From the NCBI GenBank assembly GCA_963704165.1, contig CAVPHD010000009.1, positions 160,001 through 224,000 of the forward strand: a DNA stretch of 64,000 nucleotides, given 5' to 3'. The notes under the pieces are model-generated. The model saw only the letters and a list, made by a program, of their open reading frames with translations, made no database searches and was not told where the DNA came from. This document shows positions 9,578 through 20,647 of the stretch, piece after piece. A program made the position numbers and the translations under genes. The stretch is from an uncultured delta proteobacterium (GTDB taxonomy: Bacteria > Myxococcota_A > UBA9160 > SZUA-336). The stretch's first letter is position 1, and each line of letters opens with the position of its first letter.

Positions 9578-11317
9578 ATGCCGACGCCGGTGCAGCTTCG
9601 CGCGGCCCTGCTCGAACACACCTCGCTCAGCGAGGCGGGGCTCGCGCAGGCGATGAAGAAACAGGAGCTCTCCGGACGGCGCCTCACCGATCTGCTTCTC
9701 GAACTCGAACTGGTGCCCGAGGGCGAGCTGATCGGAGCGCTCGCCGGCCTGTACGGCATCCCGACTCGCGAGACGCTCGCGCCCGAGGACATCGACGCGG
9801 AGGTCGCCACGCAGCTGCCGATCTCCTTCGCCAAGTACCATCACGTCTTGCCGATCCGGCGCGACGGCGATCGACTCGAAGTCGCGATCTCGGACCCGCT
9901 CCTCACCGACCCGCTCGACGACATGCGCATGGTCTTCGCCGGAGCGCGCTGCGAGCCGGTGCTCGTCACGCGCCGTGCGATCCTGAACTGCATCAATCAC
10001 GTCTACGACCAGGCGAGCTCCGCCGAGGACGTGGCCGAGGAATTCGCAGAAGCGGATCTCGCCGACATCGCCAGCGAGCTGATCTCCGAACCCGAGGATC
10101 TGCTCGATTCCTCCGAAGAGAGCGCGCCGATCATCCGGCTCGTGAACTCGCTCCTGCAGCAGGCGGTGAAGGAGCGCGCGAGCGACATCCACATCGAGCC
10201 CCAGGAGAAGGATCTCGTCGTGCGTTTCCGCATCGACGACATGCTGCACGAGCCGATCCGTCCGCTGCCGCGGCGCATGCAGCAGGCGATCGTCACGCGC
10301 ATCAAGATCATGGGGCGGCTCGACATCGCGGAGAAGCGTCTGCCGCAGGACGGACGAATCGTGCTCAAGATCGCGGGGCGAGACTACGACGTCCGGCTCT
10401 CGACGCTACCCACACAGTACGGTGAACGCTGCGTGCTCCGGCTCCTGCCGCGCACGCAGGAGCTGCTCTCGATCGCGAAGATCGGCCTCTCGCTCGCCCA
10501 CCAGGAAACGCTTCGCAAACTGATCCGCCGCAACAACGGGATCATCCTGGTCACCGGACCGACGGGCTCGGGCAAGACGAATACGCTCTACGCCGCGCTC
10601 GCCGACATCAACAAGCCCGACCAGAACATCATCACGATCGAGGACCCGGTCGAGATCCGGCTGCCCGGCATCAGCCAGATCGAGGTGAAGCCCGCCATCG
10701 GGCTCACGTTCGCGGCCGGTCTGCGCTCGATCCTGCGCCAGAATCCCGACGTCATCCTGATCGGCGAGATCCGCGATCTCGAGACCGCCGAGATCGCGAT
10801 CCAGGCCAGCCTCACCGGCCACCTGGTCTTCTCCACGCTGCACACGAACGAGGCCGCCGGAACGATCACGCGGCTGATCGACATGGGTGTCGAGCCGTTC
10901 CTGATCGCATCGTCGCTCGTCGCCGCGATCGCACAGCGCCTGATCCGCGTGCTCTGCAAGCGCTGCCGCGAACCCTACGAGCCCGGCCCCGAGGAACTCG
11001 ACGAGCTCGCCCTGCGCCCAGCGGACATCGCGGGCCGGACGATCTTCCGCGCGAAGGGCTGCGTGCACTGCAACCACAGCGGGTACCACGGTCGAACGGG
11101 GATCTTCGAGATCCTGCCGATCGACGAATCGATTCGAACCATGATCACGCGCGGCGTCGATTCGAAGCAGATCCAGGACCAGGCGCAGAAGCTCGGCCTT
11201 CAGACCATGCGCATCCACGGAGCGCGGATGGTGCTCGAAGGCACGACGTCGATCGCGGAGATCGTGCGACAGACCGAGGAGGAAGCGGTCGCGGCCCTCG
11301 ATCCGCAGGCCGCCTGA
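9578..11317 (+). CDS. gspE: Type II secretion ATPase GspE
   Basis: ASDIHIEP, AEKRLPQDGR, GPTGSGKT, LRQNPDVILIGEIRD, tetracysteine motif CKRC...CVHC. Confidence 0.96.
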   Translation: MPTPVQLRAALLEHTSLSEAGLAQAMKKQELSGRRLTDLLLELELVPEGELIGALAGLYGIPTRETLAPEDIDAEVATQLPISFAKYHHVLPIRRDGDRLEVAISDPLLTDPLDDMRMVFAGARCEPVLVTRRAILNCINHVYDQASSAEDVAEEFAEADLADIASELISEPEDLLDSSEESAPIIRLVNSLLQQAVKERASDIHIEPQEKDLVVRFRIDDMLHEPIRPLPRRMQQAIVTRIKIMGRLDIAEKRLPQDGRIVLKIAGRDYDVRLSTLPTQYGERCVLRLLPRTQELLSIAKIGLSLAHQETLRKLIRRNNGIILVTGPTGSGKTNTLYAALADINKPDQNIITIEDPVEIRLPGISQIEVKPAIGLTFAAGLRSILRQNPDVILIGEIRDLETAEIAIQASLTGHLVFSTLHTNEAAGTITRLIDMGVEPFLIASSLVAAIAQRLIRVLCKRCREPYEPGPEELDELALRPADIAGRTIFRAKGCVHCNHSGYHGRTGIFEILPIDESIRTMITRGVDSKQIQDQAQKLGLQTMRIHGARMVLEGTTSIAEIVRQTEEEAVAALDPQAA

Positions 11318-11322
11318 GACCC

Positions 11323-12549
11323 ATGCCGGTCTATCGCTACAAGGGAGTCGCCGCTGGGAATCGCGCGGTGGCCGCGACGATCGACGCCGACAGCCTGCGC
11401 GCGGCGCGCGCGAAGCTGCGCTCGGACGGGATCTTCCCCACCGAGATCGTCGTCGGCAAGACGCGCGGAGAGGCCTCCGAGCTGCTCTCGAAGCTGCAGC
11501 TGCCGGCGCTGCGCCGCGTCCCCGACCTCGATCTCTCGATGTTCTCGAGCCAGCTCGCCACGCTGATCTCCGCCGGCGTTCCGCTCGTGCAGGCGCTCTC
11601 CGCGCTCACCGAGCAGGTCGAACGCGAGCGCTTCAAGAGCGTCGTCGGTTCCGTGCGCGAGTCGGTCAACCAGGGATCGTCGCTCGCGGACGCGCTCGCC
11701 GAGCACCCGCACGTCTTCGACGAGCTCTACTGCTCGATGGTCCGCGCCGGCGAATCGTCGGGCGCGCTGGCACCGGTGCTCGCGCGGCTGGCCGACTACG
11801 TCGAAAGTCGAATGGACCTGCGCAATCAGCTGATCAACGCGATGATCTACCCGGCGATGATGCTCGCGTTCAGCGCCGCCGTCGCGGGCGTCCTGCTGGT
11901 GAAGGTGATCCCGAACATCACCACGATGCTGCGCGACATGAAACAGGAGCTCCCGCTCGCCACGCGCGTCGTGGTGGCGGTCTCGGACATCGTCACGCAC
12001 GTACTGGTTCCCCGCGCTGATCGTGCTCGCCGCAGCCCTCCTGGTCTGGAGCCGGATCGTCCGCACCGAGCGCGGGCGCTTCGCCTGGGACGGACTGATG
12101 CTGCGCTCGCCGGTCTTCGGCCGTCTGATCCGGTACGTCGCGATCGCCCGCTTCGCGCGAACGTTGGCGACGCTCTCGTCGGGCGGCGTGAACATCGTCG
12201 CCGCGCTCGAGATCGCCCGAAGCGTGACCGCGAACGCGGTGATCGCACGGGCCGTCGACGGCGTGAAGGACGCGATCACGCGCGGATCCTCGATCGCCGC
12301 GCAGATGCGCTCGAGCGGCGAATTTCCTCCCCTGGTCACGCACATGATCTCGGTCGGCGAAGCTTCGGGCGAGCTTCCCGGCGATGTTGGGTAAGGTCGC
12401 GGACACCTACGACGCTCAGGTCGAGAACGCGCTGCAGCGCATGCTCGCGCTGCTCGGGCCCGATCCTGCTCGTCTTCGTGGCGATCGTGATCCTCGTGAT
12501 CATCCTCTCGACGCTTCTGCCGCTCATGAACATGACCTCCGCGCTCTGA
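11323..12549 (+). CDS. gspF: Type II secretion platform protein GspF (three compensating +1 insertions, probable sequencing errors)
   Basis: QLATLISAGVPL and MVRAGESSG in the first half. The second half is split over three frames (ORFs 12023.. and 12384..: FARTLATL, MISVGEASGEL) with shifts near 12000, 12378 and 12460. Confidence 0.92.
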   Translation: MPVYRYKGVAAGNRAVAATIDADSLRAARAKLRSDGIFPTEIVVGKTRGEASELLSKLQLPALRRVPDLDLSMFSSQLATLISAGVPLVQALSALTEQVERERFKSVVGSVRESVNQGSSLADALAEHPHVFDELYCSMVRAGESSGALAPVLARLADYVESRMDLRNQLINAMIYPAMMLAFSAAVAGVLLVKVIPNITTMLRDMKQELPLATRVVVAVSDIVTHVLVPRADRARRSPPGLEPDRPHRARALRLGRTDAALAGLRPSDPVRRDRPLRANVGDALVGRREHRRRARDRPKRDRERGDRTGRRRREGRDHARILDRRADALERRISSPGHAHDLGRRSFGRASRRCWVRSRTPTTLRSRTRCSACSRCSGPILLVFVAIVILVIILSTLLPLMNMTSAL

Positions 12550-12574
12550 GGGCGGCTGTGAAAGGAGATACTCC

Positions 12575-13027
12575 GTGATGCGAATCGAATCCCGCGACGG
12601 CTTCACCCTGATCGAGATCATGGTCGTCGTGCTGATCGTCGGGCTCTTGATGACGGTGCTCGCGACCAACGTCTTCCGCCGGCTCGGCGGCGCGCAGGCC
12701 GACATCGCCCGACTTCAGGTCTCGAAGCTCTCGCAGCAGCTCGAGCTCTACAAGCTCGACAACGGCACCTACCCGACGTCGGAACAGGGCCTCGAAGCGC
12801 TCGTGCGCGAGCCGACGATCGAGCCGCGGCCGCGGCGCTATCCCGACGGTGGATACGTCTCGTCGAAGGACCTGATCGATCCGTGGCAGACGCCGTACAT
12901 CTACGAGCGCCCCGGCAAGAACAACACGAGGAGCTTCGACCTGTACACCCTTGGCGCGGACGGTCAGCCCGGTGGCGACGGCGAGAACGCCGAGATCGGC
13001 AACTGGGAAGTGGCCGAGTCGCGCTGA
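12575..13027 (+). CDS. gspG: Major pseudopilin GspG
   Basis: G|FTLIEIMVV prepilin motif, YKLDNGTYPTSEQGLEAL, DPW, GADGQPGG; AAGGAG RBS. Confidence 0.96.
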   Translation: MMRIESRDGFTLIEIMVVVLIVGLLMTVLATNVFRRLGGAQADIARLQVSKLSQQLELYKLDNGTYPTSEQGLEALVREPTIEPRPRRYPDGGYVSSKDLIDPWQTPYIYERPGKNNTRSFDLYTLGADGQPGGDGENAEIGNWEVAESR

Positions 13028-13030
13028 GTC

Positions 13031-13612
13031 GTGAACCGGAGACACGCCGAAGCCGGCTTCACGCTTCTCGAGCTGCTCGTCGTCCTGCTCCTGATCGTGC
13101 TCGTCACGGGCGTCTTCACGACCACCGTCGGTGGGGGCTTCGGCGTTCACCTGCGCAACGCCGGCCGGACGCTCGCCGCCGAGCTCGAGTACATCGGGCA
13201 GCGAGCGGTCACGACCGGTCGGACCCAGCGCTTCGTGATCGACCTCGACGAGCAGGTCTTCCGGGTCGAAGAGCTGCCGCTGCCGGAACCCGAAGCCGAG
13301 GCGGAGCTGCCCGAGCACGCCGAGAGCCTCGACCTCGCGCCGCCGATGCTGCCGGCACACTTCGCGCCCGTCGAGGGTCGGATCGGCGAGTGGAACGCGC
13401 TCGACGACGCAGACGAAGTCCGATTCCGCGAGGTGCGATTCGGAAGCGAAGCGATCCACGCGGGCGTGGTCGGAATCGGGTTCTCGTCCGATGGCGCGAG
13501 CGATCCCGCGGAGATCTGGCTGCGCGACGATGGCGGCTACGATCTCCGCATCCGACTGGTCGCGTTCACCGGCGAGATCCGCGTCGAGGAGGTCGACGCT
13601 GAAGGCCCGTAG
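13031..13612 (+). CDS. gspH: Minor pseudopilin GspH
   Basis: G|FTLLELLVVL prepilin motif; position directly after gspG. Confidence 0.82.
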   Translation: MNRRHAEAGFTLLELLVVLLLIVLVTGVFTTTVGGGFGVHLRNAGRTLAAELEYIGQRAVTTGRTQRFVIDLDEQVFRVEELPLPEPEAEAELPEHAESLDLAPPMLPAHFAPVEGRIGEWNALDDADEVRFREVRFGSEAIHAGVVGIGFSSDGASDPAEIWLRDDGGYDLRIRLVAFTGEIRVEEVDAEGP

Positions 13613-14163
13613 CCGCGACGGATTCACCCTGATCGAGGTGCTGGCCGCGCTCTTGATCGTCGGGCTGGTCTTCGGCTTGTTGCTCGAGTCGGTGACGTCG
13701 AATCTCGCCGATCTCGGGCGCGCGCGTCTCGAGGCACGCGCGAACCAGCTCGCCGAAGAGCAGCTGCGTCTGCTCGCGAGTCGAGGTCGCCTCGGGCGAG
13801 GAGGTCGAGAACGGCGAGTCCGAGGGCGAATTCGAGGCGCCCGACGAGGATCTCCGCTGGCACGTCCACGTCTCGGACCAGACGCTCGAGCTGCCCGCGG
13901 ACTACCCGGGCAAAGCGCCGCCCTCCCCGCTCTTCGCCATGTCGGGACAGACGCGCACGCCCGGGGCGCCCGGCGAGAACGCGCGCCGCTGCGCCTGGTC
14001 GAGGTGCGCGTCTTCGCGGCCGACGCCGAGCCCGAGAGCGCCGATCCGTTCGTCCTGCTCGTGACCACTCCGCCCGACCCCGGTCGGCTCGAACAGCTCC
14101 GGCAACAGAACGCGCAGGCCGCGCCGCCGTCGCGTCCCGAGCACCGGAGGCACCTCACCGTGA
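13599..14163 (+). CDS. gspI: Minor pseudopilin GspI (frameshifted; probable CTG start)
   Basis: G|FTLIEVLAAL motif; GAGGAGG RBS 6 nt before CTG 13599; internal frameshifts; ends at the GTGA overlap with gspJ. Confidence 0.75.
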
Positions 14164-15095
14164 GAGCGCGCGGCGCGCACGGCTTCACGCTTCTCGAGGT
14201 GCTCGTCGCCGTGTTCATCATGGCGCTCGTGATCTCCTTCGCCTTTCAGGCGTACCAGGGCATCGCGGAGGCCTACACGCGCGTCTCGGAGGGCGCGTCG
14301 CGCGATCGCGCTGCGCGCATCCTGCTCGATCGGATCGAGCGCGAGCTCGTCGGCGCGGTGCTCGTCGAGCGCGAAGAGGGAACCGACCCGCTTCTCCATC
14401 CCTACTTCTTCTACGGTCAGCCCCTGCAGCAAAGCGACTCGGCGGGCTTCGAGGTGCGCTTCGTCACGCAGACGCCGCTTCGCTCGCCCGGCAGTCCGCC
14501 GAGCGGCGCTGGCGCTGGTGTCGTACGCCTCGGTCATCTCGCAGTCCGGACACGGGCTCGACCTGCTTCGCCAGGAAGAGCCTCTACCGGTGGAGCTCCG
14601 CAAAGCAGATCGAGTGGACCCAGCCGCAGACGGTCGCGGACGAGATCGCGATCTTCTCCCTCAGCTTCAGCGGAGACGGCGAGCAGCTCGCCGAGGGATG
14701 GGATTCCACGAGCGAGCTACAGCTCGACGATCTTCCGACCTCGGTCGAGATCCGGATCGCTCTCTGGGAGATGGGCCCGGACGGCGAGCCGTGGCCCGGG
14801 CTCGACGTTCACGCGCCAGGTGGACCTGCCGGTGCGCCCGTTCCGACTCGCGCCCGAGGACCAGGCGGAGGCGAGACAGCGGACTGCGGCACCGGCGTGA
14901 CGGTGGCGGTCTGCCTCGACGGCTACCACGACCGAGCTGGCGGCGGCGAGCCCGGCGCTCGCGGCGGCGATCGGCGCAGCGCGCGCGGAGGCCGAGAGCG
15001 AGTGCTGGAGCGATCCGGATCCCTCCCCGGCGCTGCAGCGCGTGAAGGTGCTGATGAGCGGGCTGCCCGGCTTCGACGAGGGGGAATGCCCGTGA
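14160..15095 (+). CDS. gspJ: Minor pseudopilin GspJ (frameshifted)
   Basis: G|FTLLEVLVAV motif, ARILLDRIERELVGA; several +1 shifts; ends at the GTGA overlap with gspK. Confidence 0.75.
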
Positions 15096-16149
15096 CCCGC
15101 CCTCGCGACGAGGAGGGCATCGTGCTTCTGCTCGTGCTCGTGCTGGTGGTGGTCGCGATCTCGACCGCCTACGCGATGAGCAAGACCTCGCTGATCGAGG
15201 CGATGAGCACGCGCCAGTACGGCCAGTACGCGCGCGCGACGCTGCTCGCGCGCTCCGGCATCGACGCTCGCCGTGCGCGCGCTCCAGGACGACCTGATCG
15301 AGGGCGACGACACCACCCGGCAGGTGGAGTCGGAGCTCGACGCCTGGGCGCTGCTCTCGAAGCAGGAGATCCACTTGCCGGGTGACGCGGTGCTGCGCGT
15401 GACGGGTTCGCGACACCGGCGGTCGATTGAACCTGAACGCGCTGGTGGACCGCGACGGCAATCGCATCGGGGAGAGCAGCAAGGCGTTCCTCAAGGCCGC
15501 CCTCGCCCACATCGCCGAGACCGCTCCGGCGTTCAAGGGCTCGAGCGCGTATGGCGACGAGGATGTCGATGACTTGTCCGACGCGCTGCTCGACTGGCTC
15601 GACAAGGATGACCAGACCCGCCTGGGCACGCCCGAGGAGGAGTACTACGTCGGTATCAAGAAGGCCGCGAGCGCGCCGCTGAACCGGCCGGTCTTCTCGC
15701 TCGACGAGCTCGCGGCGGTTCCGGGACTCGACGCCTTGATGCTCGAATCCCTCGAGGCCTACTTTACGACCTACCCTATGTTCCCTCCGGCAGGCAGTGG
15801 AGGCGCGAATCTCAACACCGCACCGGCGCACGTGCTGGGGATGATCTACCACGGCCTCGGAAAGGACTTCGAGCTGCTCGACTCACGCGACGTCTTCAGC
15901 CTGCTCCGCGCGCGCGAGGAAGGACGGGTCTTCTGTCCCGCCGAGGGTGCCGAGCCTTGCACGAGCTTCTTCCGCACGCTCGGAATCGCGGAGGGCGAGG
16001 AGATCTTCCCGCCGCTCTCGTACGCGAGCCGCGTCTTCCGGATCGACTCCGAAGCGCGCGTCGTCGAGACGCGCGCATGCGTGACGAGCGTCGTGGATCG
16101 CGGGGACGGCTCCGAGCCGAAGACCCTCTACTTCCGGTTGGGCTGCTGA
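15092..16149 (+). CDS. gspK: Minor pseudopilin GspK (frameshifted)
   Basis: G|IVLLLVL motif lacking E5 (typical of GspK), LNLNAL, DALLDWLDKDD, SLDELAAVPG, NLNTAP; shifts near 15265 and 15405. Confidence 0.88.
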
Positions 16150-17721
16150 TGTTCGAGCGAAGCGTCGTCGGGCTCGACATCGGCTCGTGGTCGGTCAAGG
16201 TCGCCGAGCTCAGCGCCGGACTTCGCGGTGCGAAGTTCATTCGCTTCGCCGAGCTCGAGCTTCCGCGCGATGCGCCGTCGGAGGAGATCGAGGCGACGAT
16301 CCAGCTCTGGGTCCAGAGTCGGAATCTCTCGCCGGAGACGCTGATCACGGCGATCTCGACCGAGCGGCTGACCCAGCGCCATCTGCGCTTCCCCTTCGCC
16401 GGCGCCAAGCGCGTCGCAGCGGCGCTCGCGTTCGAGATCGACGAAGAGCTTCCGCTTCCGCTCTCGAACGTCCTGCTCGCGCACGAGCAGGTTCTCACTC
16501 GACCCGATCAGACGGACGTACTGGTGGCGATCGCGCCGCGCGCCGAGGTCGAAGTTCACCTCGCCTCGCTGCGGCGCATGGAGCTCGAACCGCGCGTGAT
16601 CGAGAGCGAGGGCGCATCGCTTGCGAACCTGTCGTCGTTTCTCGGTCTCGACGACGTCTCGCGACTGATTCTCGACGTCGGCCACGCGAAGACGAACCTG
16701 TGCCTGCTCGTCGATGGCAAACCGATCGCGCTGCGCCGGATTCCGATCGCGGGGAGACACCTCACCGAGGCACTCGCGCGTGATCTCGGGCTCTCGCTCG
16801 ATGCCGCCGAGGATCAGAAGCAGGAGCGCGGTGTCTTCGAGCAAGGCAGCGCGAAGCCCGTCTCTCCGGGAGTCCGCGACGTGCTCGAGCGGCTCGTGCG
16901 CGAGGTGCAGCGGTCGGTGCAGTCCGTCGTCGGCGACCCGCTCGACCCGGTGGCTCCCGACGGAGATCCTGCTCGTGGGCGGATCCGCACGGCTTCGCGG
17001 CCTGGCGGGTTTCTTCGCCGAGCGCACGGGCCTGCCCACGAACGTGCTCGAAGTCAGCCGCACGAACGACGGCGGCGACCGCTTCATCGAAGCCGGCCCT
17101 GCCGTCTTCGCGCAGGCCGCCGCCCTGGCGCTCCGGGGCTCCTCGACGGAGCGGGTCACGCAGGGCGATTTCCGCCAGGGGGATCTCGCCTACGCGCCCG
17201 ATCTCTCGGGACTGCGTCCGCAGCTGCGCTTCACGGTCGGTTTGTTCGGGCTCTTTCTCGTGCTCTGGGTCGCGAGCGCCGCGTTCGCGTCCTGGCTCGA
17301 GGGCCGGCGCGTCGCGCAGGTCCAGGCCCAGCTCGCCTCGATCCATCAACAGGTGTTTCCGGACGCACAGCCCTCGAGCGCACCGCTCGAAGCCCTGGAG
17401 AAGCGCGCAGCGGAGACGCGCGAGCTCGCGGCACATCTCGGTGTCACCGGGAAGGGCCTTTCGGTGCTCGAAATCCTGCGCCAGATCTCGGCGCTCACGC
17501 CCGAGTCGCTCGAGGTGTCGCTCGACGAGCTCACGATCGAGCGCCAGAGCGTCGTCGCGCGCGGTCACAGCGCGGACTTCGTCTCCGCCGACCAGCTCAA
17601 GGCGGAGCTCTCCAAGTTCGAAGGCTTCGGACGCGTGCTCGTGACCGACGTCAAGACGGATTCGCGCCGCGGCGGCAAGACCTTCACCGTCTCGATCCGG
17701 CTCGGGGGAAGCGAGCCGTGA
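16149..17721 (+). CDS. gspL: GspL with PilM-like cytoplasmic domain (one +1 shift near 16958)
   Basis: VGLDIGSWSVKV, ILDVGHAKT, ILLVGGSARLRGL actin-like motifs, then a TM helix and a PilN-like domain. Confidence 0.85.
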
Positions 17722-18281
17722 ACGAGCTCCTCGCGCCGATTCGCGGCTACCTCGCCGCGCGGTCACCGCGAGAGCGATGGCTGCTGGTCGCGGGCGTCTG
17801 CGCGCTCGCGCTCGTGATCGTCTACAGCGCGATCGTGATTCCGCTCCACGATCGCGCGAACGCCGCCGACCGGCGCGTCGCGCAGCTCGAGCTCGATCTG
17901 ATCCGGGCGATCGGCATCGCCAGCGAGATGCGCGGGCTGCAGGGCGAGCTCGCCGGCGTCGAGTCGCGAATCCAACCGGGCTCGAATACGAACCTGATCG
18001 CGCTGCTCTCGACGCTCGCGGCCGACGCCAGGATCTCGCAGGAACAGCTCGAGTCGATCGAGCCGCGTCAGCCCTCGACCAATGCCCGGTACCCCGAGAC
18101 GCGCGCGGAGGTGCGCCTCAAGGGTGCGACGCTCGATCAGATGGTCGAGTTCCTGCACAAGATCGAAACCTCGAGCTCGCATCTGATCGTGCGTTCGCTG
18201 AAGATCCGCTCGCGCGGCGACGGTGCGAACGGACAGGTGCTCGATGTGAGCTTCTCGGTGTCGAGCTTCGAGCGCGCCTGA
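17718..18281 (+). CDS. gspM: Type II secretion protein GspM
   Basis: SPRERWLL followed by a TM helix, a coiled coil and a ferredoxin-like tail; GTGA-coupled to gspL. Confidence 0.82.
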   Translation: MNELLAPIRGYLAARSPRERWLLVAGVCALALVIVYSAIVIPLHDRANAADRRVAQLELDLIRAIGIASEMRGLQGELAGVESRIQPGSNTNLIALLSTLAADARISQEQLESIEPRQPSTNARYPETRAEVRLKGATLDQMVEFLHKIETSSSHLIVRSLKIRSRGDGANGQVLDVSFSVSSFERA

Positions 18282-18291
18282 CGACTTGGCT

Positions 18292-19056
18292 GTGAAGCCG
18301 GGCTCGTTCCGTCGATTCGCGCTCGCCGCCGGAATCCTTTCGATCGCGCTGTGGCTCGCGCCCGCTCTGCTCGTCCGGCCTCTCGCCGTGCGTCTCGCGG
18401 GGGCCGCGGGAGTCGCGCTCGAGCTCGACGGCGTGCGTCCCGCGCTGCCGTGGGGCGTCGTGATCCGGAGGGCCGTCGTCACGCGCGATGGTTTCGAGGT
18501 CGAGCTCGGTCCGATCCGCGCGCAGCTGCTTCCGACCGGCGGGCGCGCGGAGGCGAGGGTCGGCGCGGGATCCCTGCTGCTCCGCACCGAGGGGCTCGGA
18601 CTCCGGAGCGGCGTGCTGCGCGCGCAGGCGCTCCCGCTCGATCGCTTCGAGCGATTCGCGCCGCAAGGATTCGCGCTGCGCGGAACCGCCGACGGTGTCT
18701 ACCACTTTGGCACCCGCGAGGAGCTCGAGCTCACGCTGAGCCGCGGCGCGGTCGTGCTCCGCGCTCCGATGGTTTTCGATCTCGAGTTTGCACAGCTCGT
18801 CGTCGCGGCCGCGCGCGAGCCGGGCGGCGGGTGGCGCGTGGACTTCGCCGATCTGCGCGGCCCGCCTCTCTCGGGAAGCGCACGGGGGCGGATCCGGGCC
18901 GACGGCAGGATCGCGCTCACCCTCGAGATCACGCAGCTCGAGGAGCCGGCGCGCTCGGCATTCGACATGGCGGCTCTGCCGACCGGGCCGATCCCCTACC
19001 AGGCCGAGCTCGGCGGCACGCTCGAGGCGCCGGTCTTCTCGGCGGTGTCGCGGTAG
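18292..19056 (+). CDS. gspN: Putative GspN
   Basis: N-terminal TM and beta-rich repeats ending LGGTLEAPVF; last gene of the gsp cluster. Call is mostly positional. Confidence 0.6.
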   Translation: MKPGSFRRFALAAGILSIALWLAPALLVRPLAVRLAGAAGVALELDGVRPALPWGVVIRRAVVTRDGFEVELGPIRAQLLPTGGRAEARVGAGSLLLRTEGLGLRSGVLRAQALPLDRFERFAPQGFALRGTADGVYHFGTREELELTLSRGAVVLRAPMVFDLEFAQLVVAAAREPGGGWRVDFADLRGPPLSGSARGRIRADGRIALTLEITQLEEPARSAFDMAALPTGPIPYQAELGGTLEAPVFSAVSR

Positions 19057-19060
19057 CCGA

Positions 19061-19771
19061 TTGAGTGCGCGGCTCTCGGTTCTGCTTCTCGACGCGGTCG
19101 GCACGCTCATCCGCCTGCGCGAGCCCGCGGCCGCGGTCTACGTGCGCGTCGCCGCGCGGCACGGGCTCGTGCGCGTTCGGCCCGACGTCGAACGCGCGCT
19201 CGAGGCCGTGCGGATCGCACCACCGCCGCTCGACGGCGTTCCGCTCGCGGAGATCCCCGCACACGAGCGCGAAGGCTGGCGCGCGATCGTGCGCGCGGTG
19301 CTCGGCGAGGCGGCGTCGGACGGTCCCTGCTTCGACGATCTGTACGCGGCGTTCGCTCGACCCGAAGCCTGGCAACTCATCGACGGAGCGCGCGATGCAC
19401 TTCGAACGGCGCGCGCGCTCGGCCTGCGCTGCGCGGTCGTCTCGAACATGGACTCCCGACTGCCCGGCGTGCTGGCGGGACTCGGCGTGGCCGAAGCGAT
19501 CGACGCGATCGTCCTTCCGTCGAGCTGTGGATTCGCCAAGCCGGACCCGCGGATCTTCGCATTCGCGCTCGCGCGCCTCGGCGTTCCCGCCGATCAGGCC
19601 CTCTACGTCGGCGATCGCGAGATCGATTGCGTCGCGTCCGCGCGCAGCGCGGGCGTGCACGCCTGGCGTCTCGACCCGGCTGCCCCGTCGGACGTCGCGA
19701 ACGTCCTCCGCGGCTGGGCCGAGCTCGAGAGCGGACTCTCCACCTTCGCGCGCCCGCCCCACTCCGGGTAG
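19061..19771 (+). CDS. HAD-IA family hydrolase
   Basis: LLDAVGTL, VVSNMD, KPDPRIF, YVGD motifs. Confidence 0.88.
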   Translation: MSARLSVLLLDAVGTLIRLREPAAAVYVRVAARHGLVRVRPDVERALEAVRIAPPPLDGVPLAEIPAHEREGWRAIVRAVLGEAASDGPCFDDLYAAFARPEAWQLIDGARDALRTARALGLRCAVVSNMDSRLPGVLAGLGVAEAIDAIVLPSSCGFAKPDPRIFAFALARLGVPADQALYVGDREIDCVASARSAGVHAWRLDPAAPSDVANVLRGWAELESGLSTFARPPHSG

Positions 19772-19780
19772 AGTGCAGCG

Positions 19781-20647
19781 ATGGACTCCATGTGGGGCAT
19801 GAAGCTCGCCGACGTCGAGCGCTGGTCGGCGCGCGTGGTCGTGGTCCGGGGACAGAACCCCGGACCGTTCACGGGGCCCGGCACGAACAGCTACCTCGTC
19901 GGAACCGGCTCACGGCCCCTGCTGATCGATCCGGGATCGGGCGTTCCGAGCTACCTGCCTCTGCTCGAAGAGGCGCTCGTGCGCGAGGTCGGCGGCGAAG
20001 CCCCTGCGGAGATCCTCGTCACGCACGTGCACCCGGATCACATCGGCGGCGCCGCGGACGTGCTCGCGCGCTTCGGCCCGCTTCGCGTCTCGAAAATGCC
20101 CTGGCCCGGAAGGGACGAACGCTTCGGCCTCACGCTCGATCCGATTCGCGAGGGCGACGTCTTTCGAACCGACGGCGCGACGCTGCGCGCGATCCACACG
20201 CCCGGCCACGCGCAGGATCACATCTGCTTCTACCTGGAAGAAGAGCGCGCGCTCTTCACCGGAGACGTCGTGCTCGGCGCGGGTACCACCGTGATTCCCC
20301 TCGATGGTGGCGACATGGGCCTCTACCTCGCGTCGCTCGAGCGCATGCTCGATCTCGAGCTCGAGCGGATCTACCCGGGCCACGGTCCGCTCATCCCCGA
20401 TCCGAAGGCGAAGCTGCGCGAGTACATCGAGCACCGTCACGAGCGCGAGCGACAGATCGTCGCGGCGGTGCGCGCGGGCGCGACCACCGTCGAGCGCATG
20501 GTCGAGCGCATCTACACCGAGACGCCACGCAAGCTCTGGCCCGCCGCCGGGCAATCCGTGCTCTCCCACCTGTGCAAGCTCGAGCGAGAGCAGCGCGCGG
20601 AGCGCAGCCGGGATGCCGGCGGCGAGGAGCACTGGGCGGTCTCGTGA
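19781..20647 (+). CDS. MBL-fold metallohydrolase (LACTB2-like)
   Basis: NPGPFTGPGTNSY, THVHPDH, TPGH, FTGD, PGHG. Confidence 0.9.
   Translation: MDSMWGMKLADVERWSARVVVVRGQNPGPFTGPGTNSYLVGTGSRPLLIDPGSGVPSYLPLLEEALVREVGGEAPAEILVTHVHPDHIGGAADVLARFGPLRVSKMPWPGRDERFGLTLDPIREGDVFRTDGATLRAIHTPGHAQDHICFYLEEERALFTGDVVLGAGTTVIPLDGGDMGLYLASLERMLDLELERIYPGHGPLIPDPKAKLREYIEHRHERERQIVAAVRAGATTVERMVERIYTETPRKLWPAAGQSVLSHLCKLEREQRAERSRDAGGEEHWAVS

Noticed and set aside
16141..16151. gspK ending Gly-Cys-TGA as a possible selenocysteine motif, given selC nearby
   Set aside because: The TGA overlaps the gspL ATG (TGATG coupling) and GspK is complete; no in-frame UGA selenoprotein was identified in this window.
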